Origin: Felis catus
Lineage: Eukaryota
Direction of reading: 5' to 3'
DNA length: 64,000 bases
Assembly (NCBI RefSeq): GCF_018350175.1
Contig: NC_058373.1
Location: 112,098,001-112,162,000, forward strand
Under the pieces are notes generated by a model that was given only the letters and a program-made list of their open reading frames with translations, did not search any database and was not told where the DNA came from. Every line of letters begins with the position of its first letter. The stretch's first letter is position 1. Made by a program: the position numbers and the translations under genes. Below are positions 24,799-37,329 of this stretch, piece after piece.

Positions 24799-26849
24799 TC
24801 AAGTAATGTGGAAAACTAGTAAGTCCATACTATACCTGAGCTTTACCATACTGCCAACACCATTCCATGGTGGAAAAGTAGAGATGAGATCAAGTTGAAG
24901 GATATAGTGAGGGTGGACGAGGTTCAGAGACAGAGTGAGGCTCAAGAATTCTCTGAGTATTTCTTACACCTTGGCTGGCCTGTGTCTTGAATTCATTCTT
25001 CCATCAGAGTTAAAGACACTTTGTGTTCAGCTATTTAGCCCTTTATTCTCAGCTGCAGACAGCACAGGAAATTGCCAATTATATTTCTAGCAGTTCTCTC
25101 AGAACTTTTGATAATATACGTTTTCATTTCATAGTATTTCTATGTAATGCTGGTTTGTGGAGATAAGCCTCATGGTCCTTAGAACCTATCCCAGTTTAAT
25201 CAGACTTCTAAGAAATATCTTCAATATTTTTCTGAGTAAAAATAATAAATATGCATAAAAACTCAAACAATAGGTCAGTGAATAAAATAGAAAATGAAAA
25301 TCACTATAACAGGAATAGGGGTTAGGGTAGAATAAAAACCAAGAGTAGCTATTGCACACATTATTGATGATAACAACCCATGATTTTATGGTTTATAGGG
25401 TCATTTTGTGCAGCCATGCCATGCCATAATATCTACATCAAAATGATTGAGCCAAGATGAATCTTGTATCAAGACAGCCTTATCAAAGTGCCCTGCTTCT
25501 CGCATTGAACTGTATATTCTCCCTGTCCTTACAACACCCAGAAAGTCCTGTAAGAGATTTCCAGAAACTCCTAAGAGGTCTTTGTGACACAGTTTGAAAA
25601 ATGTTGGGTGAGATGCTCTTAAAGTGTCTCTCAGCTATAACATTCAATAAATGTGTGTAGATGTGGATGTGCTTAATAGGCAGTCATAAAATAACACAAT
25701 ACAACAGTTATTGGAATGGATACCCATAAACCAGTAAATGCCTGCCAGCAATCAGATGACTAGTAGTTTCTGCCTCTATTGATACTTGTGATTGCAACTT
25801 AATGATGTTTTTACTTAACTGATGGCAGCTGTCTCCATGAGAAGCTATTAGCACATTAGGTCTTTATTAAGACTGGCAAAGTAATAAATAATGTTTGTGA
25901 CTTCTCCTTTGTTCACAAGGTTAATTGTTGTTTAATAATATTCCCGTGATGTGTTAAGAGCTCCCAAGGAATTATGTATGTAAACCACTTAGCTAAAAAA
26001 AGAAGTCTTAACAATCTACTAATTTTCAATCTACTAATTTTCAAGTTGTTGATAGACTTGAGACATACCTGGTGGTAAAGTACTGGGTATTATCACGATC
26101 ACCCAGGATTTTTCATTTATTCTAAATTTTTGTTTAAATCAACAAATATTTATCTAGCAAAATACTAAGCTGCAAACTCTGGGAGGTACAAAGAAATATA
26201 AGAAACCACCAATGTTCTCAAGAAATGTTTGATGTGGTCGAGGAAGAAACTATACACATGATAAGTCCATTATTCAAATGAGCTATAGTCAGAGTATACA
26301 AAGAGAAAACTAGTTCAGCTTGTCTATAATATATAATCTTTTTATACATTGCTGGATTTTGGTGTGCTAAAATTTGTTTAGAAAAATTTTTAAGTCTGTG
26401 CCATTTGTTTAAGCCACTGTTATCTGGTTACTTTGCTACTCACTGCCAAACACATCCTAACTTACCTATGTGTGCTGCCTTAGATTCCACTCTCCTCTAA
26501 GCAGGAAAGAAACTGAGAGATAATTAATTTTGATCTCTCTATCCTACCAAAGAGGAGGGCAGAGCCCAAAGAGATGAAGGGATTGGCCCAGATAATGTGG
26601 TGGCAGCAAAGCCTGGACCAACCAGGACTCAGGTCACCCAATTGCTCATTCCCTGAGGCCTTAAAAAATGGTCTCAGCTGTGCCAGTTCTGCCCTTCACA
26701 GTTTGCCCAGTTTGGACATATCATCTCAAATCTCAGCACACAAATTAGACACACAGGCAGAAAGGAAAGAAATATGGTGATAGTGTTGCTTGATGGTAGT
26801 GGTAAAAGCAGTGGTGATGATGAATGAGAGGAAGGAGATGAGGATAAAA

Positions 26850-27068
26850 CAGCAATTTAGTGAGAGCTTAAGATGGACTACGTGCTTTACAAACACATCT
26901 ATTGTAACCTTTACAGTTTCTCTCCAAGGTAGTGACTAAAAGTATTCTAACTCAACAGGTGAGGAAACAGTGGCATTAAACCTCTGAAGTTGTGCAGTAA
27001 GTGGCTGCTAATGAATGTGAAATCCCAGACTGGGTTGACGTCAGAGCCCAGATGCTAAACCACAACAC
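26850..27068 (-). mobile_element. MIR SINE
   Basis: 'gtgctttacaaacac...acaggtgaggaaacagtggca...gtcagagcccagatgctaaaccac'. Confidence 0.6.
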
Positions 27069-28214
27069 ATGTATCACAATGGGCTACGTGACTTCTAGAG
27101 AAGCTGCCCAACCTAGGAAGGAGTCTGAGAGGGACCAAACAGGGTCATGGGATAGTCCTTCCAGGTGGTGGCTGAGAGAGCTCTGAGAAAAGCTGATTGC
27201 TAAAGCAGCCCCAAATGGCATTTCTGTGTTCTTGCCCTCTGTGGTACATTCAGTTACCAAGACAATCATCTCAAATAGGAATTCCAATGAAGCTCAGAGC
27301 AAGTTAATTAGCCGTGCTGCAGACACATTAAAACTCTGGGAGCAGTTACCATAGTAGGTAACCTTGCATGTTTTACAAAGTGTGGCGTTTTCATTTCAGC
27401 TTATGTTGAATAATGAATAATTTTCCCTGCCCCCTGCTAGACAGTGAACAATGAGAAGCGCTTTGGTAATTCAGTGATATTGAATAAATCTGATGGTAGA
27501 ATATCCACATCTTTCCCTAGGCCACCATCCCCTTATTCTGTCTCTCCCTTTTCCCCTCTCCCTCCCCGACAAATCCTATCCCAGACCTTGAGAGAAGATG
27601 GCTGCTGAGGCAGCACCTGCCAGGCCTCCTGTGTGGGAATGTGGATGGGAGGGTATGGGGGGCTACCAGGTATTCCTGGCAACCCAGCTGGGGTGGTACT
27701 ACCCAGAAGTCTCTGTTCTGCCCATCCTGAACCCATCTTGCCTGTTCAAGGAAGACAGTTGCAACAGCCTGTGTCATTCTCCAGCACCTATGTTATCTCT
27801 CTTTTAAAAAATTCTATGTTTAGTTGCTTTTAATTTTATTTCTCTCCACTGAATGTAAACACCATGATAGTAGAGACTTTGTTTTGGGGAGATGGAGCCT
27901 AGAACAGTGCCGAGAACATAGGAGGAATGCAATAATATTAACTAAGTGGATGAATGAGTACCAGAAGCATTTGCCAGTAATGTCAATTTTACTGAAGATT
28001 TCCTGGGGAGGCAGAGGAAAGAATGAAACCCCATCCCATGTAGCAAGACTTTACCCAGTTGCCTACTGGACATCTTTCTTCTGATGTACTTTACCTACCC
28101 AGCCTCCACAAATGCCCCTCAACTGTCCCAACAATCTAGGAGATACCTGCCATCAAAACAAAGCCCAGAGTTTATATGCATGCTCCCCACCTCCATCTCA
28201 GAAATCAGTTCATT

Positions 28215-28630
28215 TAAAGACAAAACAATCCAACCATCAAGAGAGAACTGACTAAATAAATTGTGGTACATTCATAAAACAGGATACTATGCAGCCATTA
28301 CAAAGAGTTTGGCCAATGATAGACAGATAGATAGAACAAATAATAACTAAGAAATATTATTTAATGAAAAAAGCAAGACATTGGACCACATGTATAGTAT
28401 ACATATATATTAATATTGACTTAACAGATCTTTGGAAAGAGAAAAAAAGCCAATGTTTTAGTCTGGAACAGAACTAAGAAATTATGTGGAAGGAGACTTT
28501 TTTAAGGGTTTTTTGGTACTGTTTTAAGTTTTAGTTTTTGGAGTGTTGCTTTTTGTGTTTTTTCTTTTGGAGTGTTTTAATTTTTTGGAGTGTTTTAATT
28601 TTTTATGTACATCAAATAAACATAATTATA
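28215..28630 (+). mobile_element. Old L1 (L1MC/ME-like) 3' fragment
   Basis: 'ctaaataaattgtggtacattcataaaacaggatactatgcagccatta'. Confidence 0.6.
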
Positions 28631-31005
28631 AACTAAAGGAAAGAAAGAGTACACTCTTGATTATTGAAATGAACTATATTCAGGGGATACAAAGAAAAAA
28701 AACCGTTCAGCTTGGTTATAATATATAGTCTTCTTTATACATTCCTGGATTTAGTTTGCTAAAATTTGTTTAGAAAAATTTTTTAAGTCTATGCCATTTG
28801 TTTAAGCCACTGTTACTTGGTTATGTGGCCAAGGAGACCATCAATCAATTTCATCATGCCCCTGAAAGAATTCACCCAACCAAATAGGAATATCATGCTC
28901 TGGGGATGTCTGCTGAGAACATAGACTTGAATCTTCACTCTTCCATTCTCTGCAAGAATAAAGTCTTAATGTACATAATGCACCTGTTGGATCCCAAGGC
29001 CAAAGAAACTCATTGAACTGACAACTTATATGCATTTGCTTCAGAGATGCTATTTAAGTATAACTATGGGATTGGTCTACCAGAACTTTTAGCTCCCTCA
29101 GCCATTCTTTCCATGGAAAATAATTTTTTAAATCAGAATAAATTAGCTTTGTGATAACAATAGAACATATGAGTGTTTAGAAATATGTTGTATTTATAAA
29201 AAAAAAAAACAACTTTCCAATCACCTCAGCTTGGCTTTCTGGAATGTTTTCCTCACTGAATTATTTATTATCTTCTGGTCTTTTTGCCTGTATCCACCAC
29301 TTGCTAATATGTCCTATACAGGTCAATTGTCCTATATAGGTCTAATATGTCCTATATAGTTCAATTGTTGGAGTAAGAGAGAAAACAAGAGCAAGGATTT
29401 TCTGAGGTTTTTTTTGTGTGAGCCCCATGAGAGAAATCCTACCTGCCCTTTGAAGGGTACTGTAAACTCTCTTAAGGGGTGAGGATGTCGGCTCTTTGCC
29501 AGGGAGAATCCATGGCAGTTCACGACCACATTTAGTGGCTGAACAAACCATGCTCCAGAGCCACTGAGAGATAGTAGGGAATTAAGTCAGGATCTAAGAA
29601 ACATTCAGTCTAGGCTATCTTCACCTCCCATGGATTCTTCCAATCCTATGTCTATGTCTATGCCAGTACCTACACCTATACCCATGCTTATACATATACC
29701 TCACCTGTACCAAGATATCTATACCCTTTCTCTTTGACTGAGTTAGACAAAGACTGAGTGAGACCGAGCATAGATAAGGAAAGGGAAGGCTGGTGAATTT
29801 CATTCTTGAAAGGAGAAGGGGAAACCCTTCTCTTAGTGATTCTGTACTTTTTGGTACCATCAAGGAGATCATGGTAGAAAGAGCAGTTCCTTTTTGATTA
29901 TCAAGGAACAAACAGGATTGGAATTTATACTTTCAAGTCAGCTAAAGAGAGGAGCTGTGGCAAGGGTTGAAGAGCAAGCCCCGCACTATCAAATCCTGGG
30001 TAAGTCAGATGATATTTCCAGTGCAAATGAAGATAATATAAGCATAGCAAAGAACCCTAGGTTCATATATTCATAACTTTCTGTTTTGCATCTTCCTGGA
30101 ATTAAAGAAAAATTGCTAATGTGATCAGCAAATTCCTAGATCACTGACAATTGTAGAGGATAAATGAACACAGTGGCATTTTAATTTAGGGGCTGATTAG
30201 CTAATAAAAGAAGAGCCATTTAGAACTGGATGATCCATATTTCTAGCCTTAGAGTTTCACTCGTCTAATTTAAGGCCTTGACAACCACTTACAAATCACT
30301 GAAGACAGAGCCGATTTTAAACCCTTATCAGTCATTCACACCTAAATGTGAATTAATCTATTTTATATCTCCCCTTAAGAATAATTTTCAACAGGAGGAA
30401 GAGGAACAGAACATGGTCCCAAGTGTTTGAAGGAGTTGGAAAGGATACCACTATCAAATGGAGTAACTGGAAGAAAAAGATGGGGAGGACAGAATCAGCA
30501 CCAAAGACAAATTTCAGTACTTTTCTTAAGGAGCAGAGCTCAAGCACAAGAGAGCTTTGTCACCTCAAGTGCCTCCATGATGTGTCCAGTAGCAGAGAAC
30601 ATGGTGGTTTCCTGACATCTCCTGATTCATATGTTATGTATAGAGGAGCCTCATCCAAGGCTATCTGTCAGCTGCCTGAGCTATGGTTGTTCTTGGACCA
30701 TTCCTGTAACAAGCAGCAGAATAGCATAACCTTATTCTGAAGTTTCATAGGAACCATTCTCTGCTTAGAGGGTATCACCTCTGCCTGGCCATTCCATCTC
30801 CTTCTTAACCACAGCCATGTGCACCTTGAACACCCTCATTATACAATAAACATAGAACTCATAATGGTTTATGAATTCATCTGTGTGGTCTAGTATTGAA
30901 AACTTGAGAAATTTTAAACGTGGCTTTATTAAGAAAGTTATTTGACTAGATTCTCGGTGGTTCCCATAGCCAGAGACCTAACACATAGGGAAAACTGAAC
31001 CTCAC

Positions 31006-31440
31006 TGTTGGGGGTTAAATTGTGTCCCCCACAATTCACATATTGAAGTCTTAACCCTAGTACTAGAATGTGGCTGCATTTAGAAACACTATTTGCAGAT
31101 GATCAAGTTAAAATAAAGTCATTAGGGTGGGCCCTAAGCCAATATGACAGTCTCCTTATAAAAAGGACAAATTTGGACATAAACACACACACATGCACAC
31201 AGGAAGAATGCCACATGAACATGAAGGTAGAGATCAGGGTGATATGTCTGCAAGCCAAGAAACAACAAAAATTACCAGCAAGCCATCAGAAGCTCAGGGA
31301 GAGACATGGAACAGATTATCCCTCAGAGCTCTCAGAAGAAGCCAACTCTGCCAACATCTTAATGTCAGACTTCTAACCACCAGAACTGTTTAAACTACCC
31401 AGTCTGTTGTACTTTGTTATAGCAGCCCAAGCAAACTTCA
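31006..31440 (+). mobile_element. MLT1B-like MaLR solo LTR
   Basis: 'tgttgggggttaaattgtgtccccc...tcattagggtgggccctaa...ctgcaagccaag...tttgttatagcagcccaagcaaact'. Confidence 0.85.
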
Positions 31441-31721
31441 GTAATTACAGTAAACTTCAAAGCCATGGCTCAAGATCCCGTGGCTTAATGCTAATAGCTA
31501 AAAATGTCTCTTTCTCTACTTTGCCTAGTATCCAGGAATCAGTCTTCAGTAAAATAGCTCTAAACTGAGATGGGTCTTGAGTTTCCAATTGGGTATGGGG
31601 GTGGAGGTAGGTGGGGAACTGGTTTTAGTCTTGGTTCACTATTTGCATGACACTGAACAAGTTATTTTCAATCCCTATGTCACAATTACCTGATTGTCAT
31701 ATGAGGAGGTTAAATAAAATT

Positions 31722-32091
31722 CTGGCGGCAAATAGATTTCATCTCCTGTGTCTATTCTAAGTGACTTGTGGCAGAAACCTAGAGTACTGTCTTGACCACT
31801 TGATGTGGATCAATTCTCGGCATCCCTGAGCATGACCCACCAGCTCTGCTCATCTCATCAGATGAGAATCAGGTAACTTAGCAAGTTATAACCATCCCTT
31901 TCATATACTGTTCCAATGGCTCTAGGTAAGACTCTTCACAATCCTGTAGAGCAAGTACTTCAGCTTTGGGAATCACTCCTTGCCTTGCCATGCAGATGCC
32001 CTAAGTAGAAAGAGTACAATGAATGATCAGCAATGTCTGCTGCAAACATGAGATGGGGAATTTGCCCCTCCCTCATGTACTTGCCATTCTT
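31722..32091 (+). mobile_element. MER103-like DNA element with an internal insert, within a MIR-like fragment
   Basis: 'ggcggcaaatagatttcatctc' at the start; 'gatcagcaatgtctgc...tacttgccattcttg' at the end. Confidence 0.4.
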
Positions 32092-32263
32092 GGACTACAT
32101 GGTCTCTGAGACCTTCCAAATTTAAAAACCTTAAAATTTCTTTCCCCACTGATCTAGGGCTTCTTATTATCCCTCATCATCACTTTTAGTTGTTGCTGCT
32201 ATTTTATGCTACTCTCTTGAGTACTCTCTCTTTCTCTTTTTTCTCTCATATCTCTTTGCCAAT

Positions 32264-32824
32264 TGTGATGGTTAATTTTGTGTGTCAACTTGACTGATTC
32301 TAAGGGAATGCCCAGATAGCTAGCAAAACATTATTTCTGGGTGTGTCTGTGAGAGTGTTTCTGGAAGAGGGTACCATTTGAATAGGCAAACTGAATAAAG
32401 TAGATTGTCTTCATCAGTGCAGGTGGGCATCATCATATAGAGGGCATGAGTAGAACAAAAAACAGAGGAAAAATAAATTTGCTCTCTGGTTGAGCCAAGA
32501 CATCCATCTTCTCCTGTCCTTGGACATTGGTGCTTATTGTTCTCAGGCCTTTGGATTCCAACCAGGACTTACACCATTGGCTTTCCTGGTTCTCAGGGCT
32601 TTTGGGTCTAAGTGAATTACACCACCAGAATTCTTGGTTCTTCAGCTTTCAGGAGGCAGATCATGGGATCTCTTGACTTCTGTAATCATGTAAGTCACTT
32701 TCTATAATAAATAGAAGATAGGTAGGTAGATAGATGATAGATAGGTAGGTAGGTGGATAGATAGATATGAGGACATATGTATATATCCAATTGATTTTGT
32801 TTCTCTGGAGAACCCTATGATACA
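32264..32824 (+). mobile_element. MLT2 (ERVL) solo LTR, MLT2D-like
   Basis: 'tgtgatggttaattttgtgtgtcaacttgact...ttgtttctctggagaaccct..ataca'; 5-bp TSD ccaat/ccaac; internal (TAGA/TAGG)n. Confidence 0.88.
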
Positions 32825-34574
32825 CCAACCTTTTTCTGCTCTCTTCTCCTGTGCTTTACAGCATTGGTGGTGACAGAATTATCTATTATAATCATTACCA
32901 GCCAATGAAAATGCACATTTCCTTCTAGCTGGATAAAATGACCAATCACAAGACCAAAGACAAGACATTGTGTATGACCTTTTCAACTTAAGCTCTTGGC
33001 TATTTTCCCTCAATGCTTATAGTAGTCTTTTTTTTTTAAGTCTCCTAAGGGTTTATGGTAGTCCTGGCGGTTATGAGTGCTGGATGCTAATAAACTGGAG
33101 CAGTGTTGTGATATGACAGAAAGCCTTCAAACACTCAATAATTGACAAGACAAAGCCACAGACACAATTTCTGAAGAGGAAGCTATTGCATTACAGCAAA
33201 CAAAGCCCTATCTTTACCTACAGCTTTCCATACATCATCCTGTTTGATCTTCACAATCTTGTGATGCAGGCAGCGCAAAAACTCTGTTATTCCCACATTA
33301 CATTTAGGGCTCAAAATCAGACTCAGTGACTTAATTGCATAGAATTAAAACATTTCAGGTTGTGTCATCTCACCAATCACGCAACAAATTATTTAATCTC
33401 ACTCATAGGGATATTATCATATATGAGTAGATCCTCTTTAATAACCATCAAGATCCACCAAATAAATAGGGTTAAATTTGGCTGAGATTGCACTGATTAA
33501 AAACCACATTTAATGAGGCTTTAAACTATGTCCAAACAGCTTTTCCCCAAAGCAGCAGAATGGCTTCTCTCTGATGCATTCTCCCTTTTGAATGAACCAG
33601 TTTGCTATATAATTTCATGCCTCACTCAAAGCTCTGATTGCCTCATCAGGTGTGAATCAGATAAATTAAAGAAATATCTAAATTCATTTTGCACATGGTT
33701 CCAAGTTAATAGGCTCAGAGTGAGGGCCAGTATTTTACTCCACATTTATCCCACAAGAGTAATGGGCTTTGGGGTCACTGTTTTCCTTACTATGAACGCT
33801 CCTTTCACTATAGTCTAGATGCCATCAGTGTGTCTAGTAGTCAGACTCACCATAAATATACGAACACATGCCCAAGTGTTTCCACAGAGAAGCAACCAAG
33901 CTTTAATGTTTTCTAGGAAAGTGAGGAAATTCTAGTGTATCGTATGTTCTATATTACTGCCACTTCTTCCAATCCCTGAACCTGGACTTTCCTGAAATAC
34001 TGGCAAATAGAAGCAACAGGTTCCCCTTTAGCCTAAATTTTCCTCTGAACCAGAGTCTAAAGAACGTTATACTGAGAGCTCAAAATAGAAAAGGCTTGCT
34101 GTGAAAAAGCACATATCTCTAGGAGGAGAAATCAGCATCTCCTCTGCCTCCTGGTACTGGTGTGGCATCCAGTGTTAGAGGAGTTCTGTGGGGGCGAGCA
34201 ATGAAAACTCACCTCAGGAGGTGCAGCTGTGTCTAGGTTTAGAGCAAGAACTAAAGGTTTGCTCCCCGAAGAGCTAGTAAGTATTGGGAAGAAGTAGGAA
34301 CACAACTATCCTTCTTTGCTCTTGACAGGTATTACCCAAGCCATTTGCCAAAAGGACAGAACACAGGTTTCAAATAAGTCTTTCAGGTTGAGATAGCATG
34401 GAGCTCATTACCAGATCAGAGATTGAAAGCCACCAGGGTGATGGCTGTGGGGTGGGCCTCCCAAAGTCCTGAATCACTCTTCCCAGGGCTGTCCACCCAC
34501 ACTGCTTCAGGAATATGGTCATCTGTCAAGTATCTCTGGTATATCTGCAAAGCTCAAATACTCAGGTAATTTTT

Positions 34575-34930
34575 AGGCCTTATTTTATCAGACTTTTCAA
34601 CAGATATGTGATTATACTCTACCTCTTTAAATCTTCTTTTTCCTGCTTCTCTGACACTACACTGGCAACCTCCCCGTAGTGCTTCCCTCATACCTCCTGC
34701 TCTCACTTCCAAATGTTGGTGTTCCCAAAGTGCATTCCCAGGCCCTATTCTTTATTCTTTTCTCTATCCAGACTTCCTTTTAGGTGTCATATCCATTTCA
34801 CCCTATTTAGTGGTATCTGCATATGACTGTTACCAAAATTTTTCTCCAGACATTCCTCTTCCAGACTTCTGGATTTGTTTACCTAGCTGCTTTTCTGTTA
34901 TCTTACTGTGGATGTTTCAAAAGCATAACT
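34575..34930 (+). mobile_element. L2 LINE, left part
   Basis: 'ttctctgacactacact', 'ccaaatgttggtgttcccaaag', ends 'tggatgtttcaaaagcat'. Confidence 0.65.
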
Positions 34931-34955
34931 GAAGCCTTGATTCAAAAAAGGTCTC

Positions 34956-35684
34956 ACATGTGCCCCTATGAATCAGCACTCCTGTACCTTTTGGATAAAT
35001 TCCTAGTAGCACTATTGCTGGGTCATAGGGTAGTTCTATTTTTAATTTTTTGAGGAACCTCCACACGGTTTTCCAGAGTGGCTGCACCAGTTTGCATTCC
35101 CACCAACAGTGCAAGAGGGTTCCCTTTTCTCCACATCCTCACCAGCATCTGTTGTTTCCTAAGTTGTTAATTTTAGCCACTCTGACTGGTGTGAGGTAGT
35201 ATCTCATTGTGGTTTTTGTTTGTATTTCCCTGATGATGAGTGAAGTTGAATATCTTTTCATGTGGCCATCCGGATGTTTTCTTTGGAAAAGTGTCTATTC
35301 ATGTCTTCTGCCCATTTCTTCACTGGATTATTTGCTTTTTGGGTGTTGAGTTTGGTAAGTTCTTTGTAGATCTTAAATACTAACCCTTTATCTGATATGT
35401 CATTTGCAAATATCTTCTCCCATTCCATCCGTTGGCTTTTAGTTTTGTTGATTGTCTCCTTTGCAGTGCGGAAGCTTTTTATCTTGATGAAGCCCCAATA
35501 GTTCATTTTTGCTTTTAATTCCCTTGCCTTTGGAGATGTGTTGAGCAAGAAATTGCTGTGGCTGAGGTCAAAGAGGTTGTTACCTGATTTCTCCTCTAGT
35601 TTTGATGGTTTCCTGTCTCACATTTAGGTCTTTGCTCCATTTTGAGTTTATTTTTGTGTATGGTGTAAGAAAGTGGTCTAGTTT
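34956..35684 (-). mobile_element. Inverted 5' segment of a twin-primed L1 (ORF2 C-terminal part)
   Basis: Minus-strand ORFs '[31 protein letters not shown]' and '[12 protein letters not shown]...EWEKIFAN'. Confidence 0.92.
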
Positions 35685-36018
35685 ATAGCAGCACTTTCAA
35701 ACTATGGAAATAGCCAAATTATGGAAAGAGCCTAAATGTCCATCAACTGATGAATGGATAAAGAAGATGTGATTTATGTATATAATGGAATACTACTTGG
35801 CAATGAGAAAGAATGAAATCATGCCATTTGCAGTAACATGGATAGAACTGGAAGGTATTATTCTAAATGAAATAAGTCAGTCAGAGAAAGACAGATATCA
35901 TATATTTTCACTCATGTGGATCTTGAGAAACTTAACAGAACACCATGGGGAAGGGAAAGGGGAAAATAGTTACAAACAGAGGGAGGGAGGCAAACAATAA
36001 GAAACTCTTAAATACAGA
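35681..36018 (+). mobile_element. Forward segment of the twin-primed L1 (ORF2 end and first part of the 3'UTR)
   Basis: ORF 'MEYYLAMRKNEIMPFAVTWIELEGIILNEISQSEKD'; the 3'UTR stops at 'ctcttaaatacaga'. Confidence 0.9.
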
Positions 36019-37142
36019 AGTAGCAGCCAAGATGGCAGAAGAGCATGGAATTTTTTTGTGTGTCTCGCATCCATGAAATACAGCCAGATCAATACTAAAC
36101 CATCCTGCACAACTAGAAAACTGATTTGAGGATTAACACAACAATCTGCACAACCTGAACCACAGAATTCAGCAGGTATGCAGCGTGGAGAGATGAACTG
36201 GGAAGAGAGAAGCTGTGGAGGGCAGAGAGCTGTTTTTGCTTGTGGAGAGAGGATGGAGATGGGGGGGGTGGTTGGAAGGGAAGTACAGGAAAAGCACCCC
36301 CCCCCCAAAAAAAAACACCTGGAGAGAAAGTAGAAAAGTGGAAACAGCCACAGGGACTGAACTAAAAAGGGATAAAGGAGAAAGGAGAGGGTTTAAATTC
36401 CATTAAGACTCTATAAACAGGGGGAACACAGAGTCTGAAACTCCACAGCATGATACCTGGTGGTGCTCTGGTGAGAAGGGCAAATCCCCAGGAGCAGAGT
36501 GAAATCTGGGTATCTTCAGCCACACAGGAAGAGGCGGTTCCCCTGCTGGGAGGACATCTGGTAGAGGCTGTGTGGCCCCCCCCTGCAACAGGCAAAGGTC
36601 CCAGTGGACCCAGGAGAACAACCACATTCACTGGTGCTGGAACAAGGTCATTGAGGGTGAAGCCTGGTACCAGATGTGTGTTGTGATTTTCCATAATCCC
36701 TGAAATGTTGCTGCTACACGATCACATGAACTTTTTCTGGGGTGGGCTGGCACCCAGCTGCAGTCTTTGGGCATCGGCAGCAGCACAGTCACACGAACAT
36801 TCCTGGGTGCAGCTGGCACCCAGCCACTGCTTGGTGAGACCATCCTGCAGAGGGGCAGAACAGGTCAAAGATGCAGTCCCTCAGAAATAAGAGGTCAGGA
36901 AAAACAGCGGTATCTGAGATAAAACTCAGGAGGGAGGTGCTGCCTGAAGCTTGGTCACAGACAGTGTAAAAGTGGGGAATGGACAGAAGCCAAAGACAAA
37001 GGACAGGTGTGCAATTGCTGATCGGGGAGAACAGAGTTCCAATACTACAGACTAGGTAGCTGGGTGACGCCATTTTTACCACTCCCATGCATGCGCATAA
37101 GCACCTACCAGCGCCACAACAATCCACCCCAGTAGGCTAGCA

Positions 37143-37156
37143 GCGCCATCTAGTGG
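37143..37156 (-). promoter_or_regulatory. CTCF core motif in the L1 5'UTR
   Basis: gcgccatctagtgg is the reverse complement of CCACTAGATGGCGC, matching CCASYAGRKGGCRS; binding is not shown by sequence. Confidence 0.5.
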
Positions 37157-37329
37157 AGAATCAAGTCGTTACATTAAGCCCCGCCCAACTGGGCCAACCT
37201 CGCTCTTCAAGAACACAAGTCTCACCGCCTGCTTAGTTTCTGGACTAGAAAGCACTTCATAGTCTGACTACTAGGGGAAAACAAAGTAATATCAGTTGTA
37301 TTTCAATCTGTTAGCTGGTCCACCTATTC

